DNA of 38,099 nt. It comes from Gemmatimonadales bacterium. Lineage in GTDB: Bacteria; Gemmatimonadota; Gemmatimonadetes; Gemmatimonadales; GWC2-71-9. Below, one piece after another: positions 16,675-25,077 of the stretch. How positions within the stretch are numbered: position 1 is the stretch's first letter; every line of letters starts with the position of its first letter. The notes under the pieces were generated by a model. That model did not search any database and was not told the origin of the DNA. It saw only the letters and a program-made list of their open reading frames with translations. The translations under genes were made by a program, and so were the position numbers. The stretch is from NCBI GenBank assembly GCA_041577295.1, contig JBFGJG010000043.1, forward strand, positions 1-38,099, read 5' to 3'.

Positions 16675-19275
16675 CTACAGCTTGAAGTTCAACCGAGCGT
16701 AGTAGAACGCTCCCGAGAAGCCCATCTGGACGGCATCCCACAATCCGCCCGTCTCCGTCTCGGTATCTTGTTGGGTCGGATACTTGTTGAAAATGTTGTT
16801 CCCGCCGAGCGTGAGTCCAACATTGCTGGACAGTTGATAGCTAGCGGATAGGTCGGTAGTGACGTTGGCACGGTAGATGTCCTCGGTATCGAGCCAATCG
16901 ATCAGCGTCACCTCGCCAAACCGCACGACGCGCACCGCCGCGTCCAGGTTACGGAATCCGTAGTTCCCCATGAACGTCAACTTCGTATCCGGGGCGGATG
17001 CCAACAGGAAGTGCTGCTCCCTCCGTCCATAGTAAATGTCTTCCTTACCGGCGAGTCGTGGGCTCGTGTTGATCCTGCCGAGATCCATATCGTTGAAGTT
17101 TGCGGCGACGGCACCACCCACGCGGTGAAGGCCAACTGATCGCTGATAGGTGAGGATGACATCCAGCCCGAGTGTTTCCGTACTGATGGCGTTTGTAAAG
17201 AACTGGGCGGCACCGACCTGCAATGCCCGGAGTTCATCCCCGATGTCGGGATCCGTGTCTTCAAACGCGCCCGTCAGCACGATCCGGTCGTTCACGTCGA
17301 CGTAATAACCATCCACCGTGGCGGTGAAGTCGCCGAACCGCGCGGCGACACCCAGGCTTGCGTTGGTGGCGGTCTCCTCAGTCAACTCGGGTATGCCGAG
17401 TCGCAGGGTGATGGGGCTGTTGTTTTTCGCGATGATTTTGTCGACCGCGACACCCGAGACAAAGTCGGTAAAGGTCGTGTTGAAATAGATCTGCGCCAGC
17501 GACGGCGCGCGAAAGCCCGTACTCACCGTTCCACGGAACGCCACGCCCTCCACAACCTCGAGACGCGCTGCCAACTTCCAGTTGAGGGTGGTGCCGAAGT
17601 CGCTGTAGTCTTCATATCGCAGTGCGCCACCCAGCGTGAGTTGATCGGTGAGATCCGCCTCGATGTCGAACCACGCCCCGAGGTTGGTGCGGTTTTCATC
17701 CACCACATTGGCGGGCTGAAATCCCGGAAATCCCTGTGACCCGCCGGGCCTCCCGAGCGTATCCACCGGTACGACGATTCCGTCGATCACACTGTCCACA
17801 ATCCCGTAGTTGCGATACGATCCCTCTTCACCCGCGAAGATCTCGTAGTTGTCTATCCGGTACTCCGCGCCGAACGCTACGTTGACTCCCTCGAGTGCCG
17901 GAAACAAACGCGTGAACGTGATCCCGGTCGTATTCTGACTTGCCTCAAATCCGCCGGCGTCAAAACGGGTGGGTGATTCTTCGAGCAAGGAGGCGTTGAG
18001 CGTACCGTCTACGAAGTAGTGAAATCGGTTGGACCCCCAGCTGTTGCTGATGTCCACGTCCCACAGTCCCACCTTGGCGCGCAGACCAGCGGTGATCGAT
18101 TTGTCGGTGATGTCCGACAGGATTCGTGGATCGAAGCCGTTGGGATAGATCGCTGGAACGTTGCGCTCGGAGTCGGGATCGCGACTCCAGGCAAACGCAT
18201 CCGTGTGGCGGAAGTTGTACCCTCCAAAAGCGTAGAACGCCACCTCCTCTCCAATAGGAATACGTGAATTCACGAAGGTGGAGAAGTTTTCGAGCGCGGC
18301 GTCGCCAAACTCGCGACGATAGATGTCCCATTGCGCGGGATCTGCTGGACGGTTTGTGCGTTCCTTGGTGAGGTACTCGCCGGTCATGTTGACGAACCCC
18401 AGTTGGCCGATCCGAACACCGTAGTTGCCGCTCACCTGAACTTCCTCACCGTCAATGCTCTCGTCCCGCAACACGGCGAATCGGGAGGGTGGCGTAGCGT
18501 CATGGAACCCGCCCGCCACCATACCGCTGAATTCATCAGCCGTCGACTTCAACACGATGTTGACGACCCCCGCGATCGCGTCCGATCCATACTGGGCGCT
18601 TGCCCCATCCCGGAGGATTTCGATCCGTTCAATCGCCCCGACGGGGATGGTATTGAGATCCGTCCCTGTGTTTCCCCGTCCTCGCGATCCGAAGATGTTG
18701 ATGAGCGATGACTGATGGCGCCGCTTGCCATTGATCAACACCAGTGTTTGATCCGGACCCAGACCGCGGAGCGTGGCCGGGTCGATGTGATCGCTTCCGT
18801 CCGCGCCCGATTGGCGGTTGGCGTTGAACGACGGAGCGGCGTAGTGGAGAATTTGGTTGAGGTCGAGCTGGCCGACCGACCTGGTGATCTCCGCGACGTC
18901 GATGACGTCCACGGCCACCGGCGTCTCGACTGCGGACCGGTTGAGTCGCCGCGTTCCCACGATCTCGATTCCTTCGATCACGGTCGCCGCTTCTTGCATG
19001 ACGACATCCAGCGTCGCGGCGCCTGCAACGGAAAGCTCCTGCACGCGGTAGCCCAGTGCGCTGAACACGATGACCGCATTGGAAGCGCCATAACGCAACT
19101 CATAGGTACCGTCGGCCTGGGTGGTTGTTCTGTTGAGGGTCCCACGCTCCTCGACGCGGACGCTGGCCAACGGTGTGCCCTGGGCGTTGGTGACTGTTCC
19201 GCTCAGACGAAGTCCCTGTGCCGACACTCCGGAGCTCACGAACGTGAGCACCGCTATGAGAACGACGCTTCGCAT
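16675..19275 (-). CDS. TonB-dependent outer-membrane receptor with N-terminal carboxypeptidase-regulatory-like domain
   Basis: AGGAGG Shine-Dalgarno and signal peptide MRSVVLIAVLTFVSSGVSA-Q. Plug motifs LRGLGPDQTLVLINGKRRH and IERIEILRDGASAQYGSDAIAGVVNI, plus GFRAPSL, NNIFN and a terminal beta-strand YYARLNFKL. Confidence 0.93.
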   Translation of the reverse strand: MRSVVLIAVLTFVSSGVSAQGLRLSGTVTNAQGTPLASVRVEERGTLNRTTTQADGTYELRYGASNAVIVFSALGYRVQELSVAGAATLDVVMQEAATVIEGIEIVGTRRLNRSAVETPVAVDVIDVAEITRSVGQLDLNQILHYAAPSFNANRQSGADGSDHIDPATLRGLGPDQTLVLINGKRRHQSSLINIFGSRGRGNTGTDLNTIPVGAIERIEILRDGASAQYGSDAIAGVVNIVLKSTADEFSGMVAGGFHDATPPSRFAVLRDESIDGEEVQVSGNYGVRIGQLGFVNMTGEYLTKERTNRPADPAQWDIYRREFGDAALENFSTFVNSRIPIGEEVAFYAFGGYNFRHTDAFAWSRDPDSERNVPAIYPNGFDPRILSDITDKSITAGLRAKVGLWDVDISNSWGSNRFHYFVDGTLNASLLEESPTRFDAGGFEASQNTTGITFTRLFPALEGVNVAFGAEYRIDNYEIFAGEEGSYRNYGIVDSVIDGIVVPVDTLGRPGGSQGFPGFQPANVVDENRTNLGAWFDIEADLTDQLTLGGALRYEDYSDFGTTLNWKLAARLEVVEGVAFRGTVSTGFRAPSLAQIYFNTTFTDFVSGVAVDKIIAKNNSPITLRLGIPELTEETATNASLGVAARFGDFTATVDGYYVDVNDRIVLTGAFEDTDPDIGDELRALQVGAAQFFTNAISTETLGLDVILTYQRSVGLHRVGGAVAANFNDMDLGRINTSPRLAGKEDIYYGRREQHFLLASAPDTKLTFMGNYGFRNLDAAVRVVRFGEVTLIDWLDTEDIYRANVTTDLSASYQLSSNVGLTLGGNNIFNKYPTQQDTETETGGLWDAVQMGFSGAFYYARLNFKL

Positions 19276-19298
19276 TGCGCCTACCTCCTGAGATCGTG

Positions 19299-19351
19299 GC
19301 TGTCGGGAAGGGCCTCTCCGGGACAACGCTCCCGGATGAGGATGCGACAGC
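19299..19351 (-). promoter_or_regulatory. Three-tier stem-loop in the leader of the TonB receptor gene
   Basis: On the minus strand: GCTGTCG-cat-CCTC-a-TCCGGGA-gcgttg-TCCCGGA-GAGG-cccttcc-CGACAGC, ending about 10 nt before the Shine-Dalgarno. Confidence 0.5.
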
Positions 19352-19412
19352 TGAGACGGGAAAGAGTCGTCGGTGCCGGGTTTGGCGTCAAGTGGTCCAG
19401 TGGAGGGAACTA

Positions 19413-20798
19413 CTAGATCGCGCCTCGCTCCCACGGACCCCAAACGGCGAAGGTCATGCCAGCGTGCTTCTTCTCCCTGTTGCCCTGAATATTGAAGAAG
19501 AGGGTCTGACCGTCAGGGCTAAAGGTGGCTCCGGCCAGCTCCCGGTCGTTTTCGGCGGGTGCAGCGATGTCGAAGACTTTGCCATCCTGTGTCAGCCCGC
19601 GCACGTACTGGCGTCGCTCATTTGCATCCTCACACATCACGATAGCGCCTCGGGGACTGACGCAGATGTTGTCAGGGCGTTTGAGTGTACCCTTGGACCG
19701 CGACTCGAAGATCAAGGTGAGCGTACCGTCGTCCGAGTCGCTCGGTCGATATTCCCAAATCTGGCCGAGTTCTCGATCACCGCCATCCGTTGCCACGAAG
19801 TACACCGCCCCATCGTGGTAGAAGCATCCCTCGAGACGGCTAAACCTGGCGCCGCCCCCGTACGTGCCTTGATCAAACACCGCCGAGAATTCCGCCGGGG
19901 TCACGAGGGGATTGGGTTCGGCAATATCGACCCACGTGACGGGGAGCGACCTCCCTCTCCGTTGGCGCTTTGCGGTGTCGTACTTGGATCGGTCCCGGAT
20001 CCCGAGCATCTGGAGCGAGCCGCCGGCGCGGAGGTCGCCGGCTTTTCCAGGACCGTACGGTTCATTGGGTAGGAAACGGTAGAACCCGGCCTTGAAGTGG
20101 TCCTCGGTCTGGTAGACGATTCCTGTGGACGGGTCCACGGCCACCGCTTCGTGCACGAACCGCCCGAGCGCGATGATTGGCTCGGTGTACGCCAACTCCT
20201 CACGCGTGACCGGTACTTCGAAGACGTACCCGTGGTACTCGGCAAACCCGGACTCGGGGCCGAAAAACGCTTCTTCGCACGACAACCACGACCCCCACGG
20301 TGTCGGTCCACCGGCGCAGTTGCGAAATGTTCCGTTGAGGCTGACGAAGTCGCGAATCACCTCGCGGGTCTCAGGTTGAATCTCGAGTGACGTGCACCCC
20401 GCCGCCGCCCCGCGATCGTAGGCTACGTTAGGGCTCCCTATGGTGACCCCGACCCTTGGTGGGTCTTCCAGCTCATGATTGCGGATCAGCCGGATGTTGC
20501 CGTTGGGGAGTGGGAAGGCACACATGCCGTCGTGGCGACCGGGTGTGGGATTTCCATCTGTCATCGGTGAGCCTTCAACACCGATCACCGTGTAGCTGAA
20601 CCCCTCGGGAAGTTCGAGCTCGGGACCCGCCTTCCTGAGCGGGCCGTACCCGCCGTCACCCAGCAACGCCGTGGGACGGACGGTGGTGCCGGACGCGCTC
20701 CGTGTCATGACGGCGTCCAGGGCCACGAATCCTACGATCGCGCGGCCCGCGAGAGCGGTCGACCGAAATACGAACTCTCTGCGACTCAGATGGCTCAT
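19413..20798 (-). CDS. PhoX-like (DUF839) alkaline phosphatase with Tat signal
   Basis: SRREFV twin-arginine signal, HDGM, RNHE, NCAGGPTPWGSWLSCEE, GRFVHEA, YQTED, RLEG, PDNI, CED, ELAG. Confidence 0.88.
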   Translation of the reverse strand: MSHLSRREFVFRSTALAGRAIVGFVALDAVMTRSASGTTVRPTALLGDGGYGPLRKAGPELELPEGFSYTVIGVEGSPMTDGNPTPGRHDGMCAFPLPNGNIRLIRNHELEDPPRVGVTIGSPNVAYDRGAAAGCTSLEIQPETREVIRDFVSLNGTFRNCAGGPTPWGSWLSCEEAFFGPESGFAEYHGYVFEVPVTREELAYTEPIIALGRFVHEAVAVDPSTGIVYQTEDHFKAGFYRFLPNEPYGPGKAGDLRAGGSLQMLGIRDRSKYDTAKRQRRGRSLPVTWVDIAEPNPLVTPAEFSAVFDQGTYGGGARFSRLEGCFYHDGAVYFVATDGGDRELGQIWEYRPSDSDDGTLTLIFESRSKGTLKRPDNICVSPRGAIVMCEDANERRQYVRGLTQDGKVFDIAAPAENDRELAGATFSPDGQTLFFNIQGNREKKHAGMTFAVWGPWERGAI

Positions 20799-20972
20799 CG
20801 TTATCGCTCTCCGCCACGCTCCGGAAGGCCGTGCTGCTGGGAGGGTGAGCGCTGCTGAGAACCCTGCAAAAAATTACGAACTCTGGCCGTATGATGCCAG
20901 TAACTCTGCCCGCACGATGGTTGCGCGACCCTTCCGCACCACCCCACAAGGTACGCGCACGGTGTTTGTTCG

Positions 20973-20988
20973 AGGCACGGATTTCGCT
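20973..20988 (+). promoter_or_regulatory. sigma54 (-24/-12) promoter candidate for the radical SAM/GT2 operon
   Basis: aGGCACGgattTcGCt versus the consensus TGGCACG-N4-TTGCW, with exact GG-N10-GC spacing. Confidence 0.55.
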
Positions 20989-21080
20989 TTAAGAGGGCTT
21001 CACAGATGGGGTTTTTTGACAGGGCAGACGCGTGGCATAACCGCAGTCGAAACCGTGGTTTGTGACGGAGCCCAGCGACC

Positions 21081-21102
21081 GAATGCGACATCGATCACAC
21101 TT
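21081..21102. promoter_or_regulatory. CRP/FNR-family-like box about 40 nt upstream of the radical SAM start
   Basis: gaaTGCGAcatcgaTCACActt versus aaaTGTGAtctagaTCACAttt. Confidence 0.55.
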
Positions 21103-21140
21103 TCAGCTTCCATTCTACCGCCAGAAGGGTGGAACGTACT

Positions 21141-22811
21141 GTGAAAACGCGTGATTCCTTGCAAACTCTGTTAGTCGGCCCATACGATCCGCACTGCGGC
21201 GAGTACACCTTCCTCGCTCCGCCGCTCGGTGTGTGGCGTCTCAAGGGGGTATTGCAAGCCGCCGGGATCGCTGCACAAGTCTTCGATCCGAACTGCTGTG
21301 ACGGCCCACCCGAGGAGGCCTTCGAGCGCGTTCTCCAATCCTGCCCGTGGGATGTGATCGGGATTTCCACCACCGGCATGACCCTGCGCTTCGATCTCGC
21401 GCTCGCGCACCAAGCCCGGCGGGAACGTCCGGACGCGATCCTGGTGGCCGGGGGAATGGAGGCGACCTTCAAGCCCGATCTGATGTTCGAGCTCGGTCCG
21501 TTCGATCTCGTCGTCCTCGGTGAGGGAGAGGGTCCGCTCCTCGACTTGGCCGAGCGGGTGAGTCAGGGTGCCACGATACACGAAATTCCTGGCACCGCGC
21601 ATCTGGGCGACGACGGAAAGGTCGTACGGCACTATCGGGCTGCCTTAGATCCAGAGGCGTTACGGGACGCGATCTTCCAAACGCCATACGAGGAGATGCC
21701 GTACCGGAAGTATTGGAAGCGGCTGGAGCAGGCGTATCGCGTGGGTCAGCTGCCGATGAAAGCAGATCGAGAGGCGCGTCTGGCAGAGATTCGGTCCGTG
21801 CGTCTGATCACGCTGAACTACTGCCCGATGGGTTGTACCTTCTGCTCGTCGACCAACTTCCTCAATGCCGCGCAGGGTGGCACCGCTCCCATTCGGCGAC
21901 TGAACGCTGACGAGTGTTTAGCGATGCTCAAGCGGATCGTCGCGACCCTCCCGGACGTCCGCACGATCATCTTCCAGGACGACATCTTCGTGTTCACGAA
22001 CGACGATCGAATCTTGCCGCTGTGCGAGGGAATCGTCCAGGCCAAGAGTCGCGGCGAGCTACCTGCCGATCTGCAGTTCATATCGACTAACAGAATCGAT
22101 GCCATGACACCGGAGCGTCTCGCGGCGATGCGGGCGGCGGGATTCCGCGTACTCGGCTTCGGTGTGGAGAACTTCTCGCTCGGCGTGCTTCAAGAGTTTC
22201 GCAAGAAACGCATCTATCCGTACATCGAGCGCAATCTCACAGCGGCGCGTGCCCTCGGCATCACGCCGTTCCTCGACCTGATCCTGACCTCACCCCGGTG
22301 CTCCCTGGACGATCTCGCGACGACGATCTCCGAGGCGTACCGGTGGCTGCTCGCGGGGTGCGAAATTGGCATGTACCCCTACGTCATTCCGTTCTCCGGG
22401 GCCGCGATGGCCATGGATCCAGCGCTCGAGCCACACACGGTGTATGAGCGACGTCGGGTACGTGGCACGGACGTCGAGTGGGATCAGGCGACGAAGATTC
22501 CGCCAATCGATCCGGAGGTTCGGGAAGCGATTCTCGCGATCGAGGTCGTGTTCAACGACTGCCTCGCGTTTCTAGAAGCCTACGTTGCCCATCTTCCGTC
22601 GCGGGTGCGCAGCTTGTTGTGGATTCTCAGCGCGGCGCCGGTCCTGCGGGCGGTAGGGCACCGCGCACCTCCACAGGCGGAAGTGTTTGAACAGCTGCTC
22701 TGCAAGCTTCCCGGGCTCACGGGATCGCAGCAGCGCGAGTTGCATCAGCTCGTGCGCGACGGATTGCGCGCGGTGGCAGACTTGCCCGCTGTTCACGCCG
22801 TCGCGGTATGA
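21141..22811 (+). CDS. Cobalamin (B12)-binding radical SAM enzyme
   Basis: B12 domain motifs APPLG, VIGIS, AGGMEATF and GEGE. CxxxCxxC is CPMGCTFC (21822-21845), followed by FQDDIF and GFGVEN. Start is GTG 21141 or 21129. Confidence 0.9.
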   Translation: MKTRDSLQTLLVGPYDPHCGEYTFLAPPLGVWRLKGVLQAAGIAAQVFDPNCCDGPPEEAFERVLQSCPWDVIGISTTGMTLRFDLALAHQARRERPDAILVAGGMEATFKPDLMFELGPFDLVVLGEGEGPLLDLAERVSQGATIHEIPGTAHLGDDGKVVRHYRAALDPEALRDAIFQTPYEEMPYRKYWKRLEQAYRVGQLPMKADREARLAEIRSVRLITLNYCPMGCTFCSSTNFLNAAQGGTAPIRRLNADECLAMLKRIVATLPDVRTIIFQDDIFVFTNDDRILPLCEGIVQAKSRGELPADLQFISTNRIDAMTPERLAAMRAAGFRVLGFGVENFSLGVLQEFRKKRIYPYIERNLTAARALGITPFLDLILTSPRCSLDDLATTISEAYRWLLAGCEIGMYPYVIPFSGAAMAMDPALEPHTVYERRRVRGTDVEWDQATKIPPIDPEVREAILAIEVVFNDCLAFLEAYVAHLPSRVRSLLWILSAAPVLRAVGHRAPPQAEVFEQLLCKLPGLTGSQQRELHQLVRDGLRAVADLPAVHAVAV

Positions 22812-24241
22812 GCCGATTGGCTTCTCGACTCGGGTGGCCGGTGGTCGTCACCGCGGCCGTGCTCATCACGGTTGGTGCGGTCGTGACGTGGGGTGCGGTA
22901 TCCACGCAGTTCTCCACAGCCCTGCTCGTGGTGGCCAACCTCGTGATCTTTTCGGATCTGCTCGATCTGCTGGTTCGGCTGTACCTGCGGGCCTCCCACG
23001 CGGCAGACGGCGGACTCCTGCCGTCGAGCGGTCCCTCGGTCGACCTCGGACTAGAGCCGTTTACCCCCTATCAGAAGCGGCTACACCTGAAACCGTATGC
23101 GTTGTTGGTATCGGTACACAACGCAACGGAAGAGCTTCCGATGTTCTTCCAGGCTGCGCAAGCACATCGTCACCGGTTCTGGGCGGTCGATGACGCGTCA
23201 TCGGATGACACCTGTTCGCAAATGCACCTCGCGGGATTCCGGTGCAAGCCGCTGGCTGAGAATCGCAAGAAGCCAGGTGCGATTCGTGAGCTGCTGAAAT
23301 CGCTACCAACCGACGTCGAAACGGTCGTGGTCCTCGACCCGGACATGACCTTCCTCGACAGCAGCACGAGCGAACTGTCGGACCTGGAGGAGGTCATTGC
23401 CGACTTTCAGCGGAGTGGCTTGGAAGCGGTCTGCCCCCGGGTGGCCGTCCGGCCCGACGGGTGGCTGGCACGGTTCCAAGGTTTCGAGTACTGCCTGTCA
23501 CAGTGCCTGGGCAGGAAGTCGCTTGGCAGCGTGAGCGTCAACTCCGGCGTGTCGATTTATCATCGTGCCACCTTCGAGGAGGTGTTACGGCGTCACTCGC
23601 TCTCCGTCTACGCGGAGGATCTGGAGAACTCGGTGTTGATCCTGAGTGACGGCGGCCGAATCTACTTCGACGATCGCCTCACGGTCGAAACCGAGGGGAA
23701 GCGGACACTTCCGGGCTTGTTCTCCCAGCGCGTCGGATGGGCGTTTGGGCACATCAAGGTGTACGGCGAGCGTATGCGAGAGCTGCGTCGTGTCGCGGGC
23801 CGGAGCTTCGTCGCGGCGTATCAGTTCCTCGTTTACCTCGGCCTTGCGACGCTGGTGATGCACCCAATACGGGTGGCCGCGGCCGGCGTGATCCTGCTGA
23901 GCATGGTGAATGTCCTCGACGGGTTGCTAGGGCTTGCCCTGGTCCCGAATGTCGGCATCACCGATCCCCGCATCTTCACGACGACGTACTACCAATACCT
24001 CGTCCTTACCGTCTTGGGCCTCGGAGTGGCGGTACCGAGCGGTGAACGCCTGCGCCATAGCCCGATTGTACCACTGTACTTCTTCTATTCGCTCTTTCTC
24101 ATCGTGCCGACGAGCATCGGATACCTGAACTGGCTCAGTCTCCGGTTGTTCCGTAGGCGCCTCTATGCGGATCACTATCACGACGCGCCTGTGTTGCTCA
24201 ACGGGACGACCGACCGGGAAGTGCTGCGGGAGGTGGCATGA
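22808..24241 (+). CDS. Membrane GT2 glycosyltransferase, processive synthase type (PgaC/IcaA/hyaluronan synthase-like)
   Basis: Two N-terminal TM segments, VDDASSD, NRKKPGA, LDPD (DxD), AED, QRVGW (QxxRW variant) and several C-terminal TM segments. ATGA overlap. Confidence 0.88.
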   Translation: MSRLASRLGWPVVVTAAVLITVGAVVTWGAVSTQFSTALLVVANLVIFSDLLDLLVRLYLRASHAADGGLLPSSGPSVDLGLEPFTPYQKRLHLKPYALLVSVHNATEELPMFFQAAQAHRHRFWAVDDASSDDTCSQMHLAGFRCKPLAENRKKPGAIRELLKSLPTDVETVVVLDPDMTFLDSSTSELSDLEEVIADFQRSGLEAVCPRVAVRPDGWLARFQGFEYCLSQCLGRKSLGSVSVNSGVSIYHRATFEEVLRRHSLSVYAEDLENSVLILSDGGRIYFDDRLTVETEGKRTLPGLFSQRVGWAFGHIKVYGERMRELRRVAGRSFVAAYQFLVYLGLATLVMHPIRVAAAGVILLSMVNVLDGLLGLALVPNVGITDPRIFTTTYYQYLVLTVLGLGVAVPSGERLRHSPIVPLYFFYSLFLIVPTSIGYLNWLSLRLFRRRLYADHYHDAPVLLNGTTDREVLREVA

Positions 24242-25077
24242 ACTCCGATGTAATGAGGTGGTCAGCGAGGCCTCACGGTCTCGGGTCGGATGCGCAGGCG
24301 GTCGCCAACTACTGGGAGCGGCGGGCCCAGCGCTTCGCTTCCGATGGCGACGGGCTTCGCGCGGTGTGCTCGTACGGCATGCCCGGATTCTACAACCGCT
24401 CGATCGAACTGACCCAACAGTTGGCGCTCCTCCCGTGGCTCGACGTGACACCACGCACTCGGGTGCTCGATGTCGGGTGTGGCATTGGTCGCTGGAGCCG
24501 ACTGCTGGCAACGCGTGGCGCAGATGTCACGGGGGTCGATCTCAGTCGCACGATGGTCGAGGAGGCCCGTACCCGCGCTCGCAACGAGGGCGTCGCTGAC
24601 CGGTGTCAGTTCCTCGTGCAAGACGTGGCGGAGCTGCGGGTCGAGGGGTGGTTCGATCTGATCCTGTGCGTCACCGTGTTGCAACACATCCGGGATATTC
24701 ATCGCAAGCGACAGGCGATCGCGCGGTTGGCGGAGCGGTTGCTTCCGGGCGGACGGATGGTCTTGCTCGAGGCGGCGCCGTCCCGCCCGTGCTACCGATG
24801 CGATGGGCCGAATTTCGAGGCCCGGACACTCGATGCACAGCAAGCGCTCTGGAGCGGTACCGGCTTGTCCGTCGAGCGCGTTACCGGTGTCGATACGAGT
24901 TTTGTGAAGCGAGTCGTGCTTCCCACCTATCGGCGGCTACCAAGGGTCGTTGGAAACGCCGTGCTGGCTGCCGCAATCGCGGTAACGCTTCCGCTCGAGA
25001 TCCTCGCCGGTCGGCGGTTGGTGGAGCAGTCGTGGCATAAGGTGCTGATCCTTCGGCACGCGTCAGAGGGAACGTGA
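24238..25077 (+). CDS. Class I SAM-dependent methyltransferase
   Basis: VLDVGCGIG motif I, GVDLS, FDLILCVTVLQHI, LLPGG. ATGA overlap. Confidence 0.92.
   Translation: MNSDVMRWSARPHGLGSDAQAVANYWERRAQRFASDGDGLRAVCSYGMPGFYNRSIELTQQLALLPWLDVTPRTRVLDVGCGIGRWSRLLATRGADVTGVDLSRTMVEEARTRARNEGVADRCQFLVQDVAELRVEGWFDLILCVTVLQHIRDIHRKRQAIARLAERLLPGGRMVLLEAAPSRPCYRCDGPNFEARTLDAQQALWSGTGLSVERVTGVDTSFVKRVVLPTYRRLPRVVGNAVLAAAIAVTLPLEILAGRRLVEQSWHKVLILRHASEGT

Noticed and set aside
20860..20910. Pho box upstream of the phoX-like gene (aactctg direct repeat)
   Set aside because: The repeats are 23 bp apart and do not match the 11-bp CTGTCAT-type pattern.
20799..21140. Cobalamin or c-di-GMP riboswitch ahead of the radical SAM operon
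   Set aside because: I could not see a B12 box or GEMM core by eye. An Rfam scan would be decisive.
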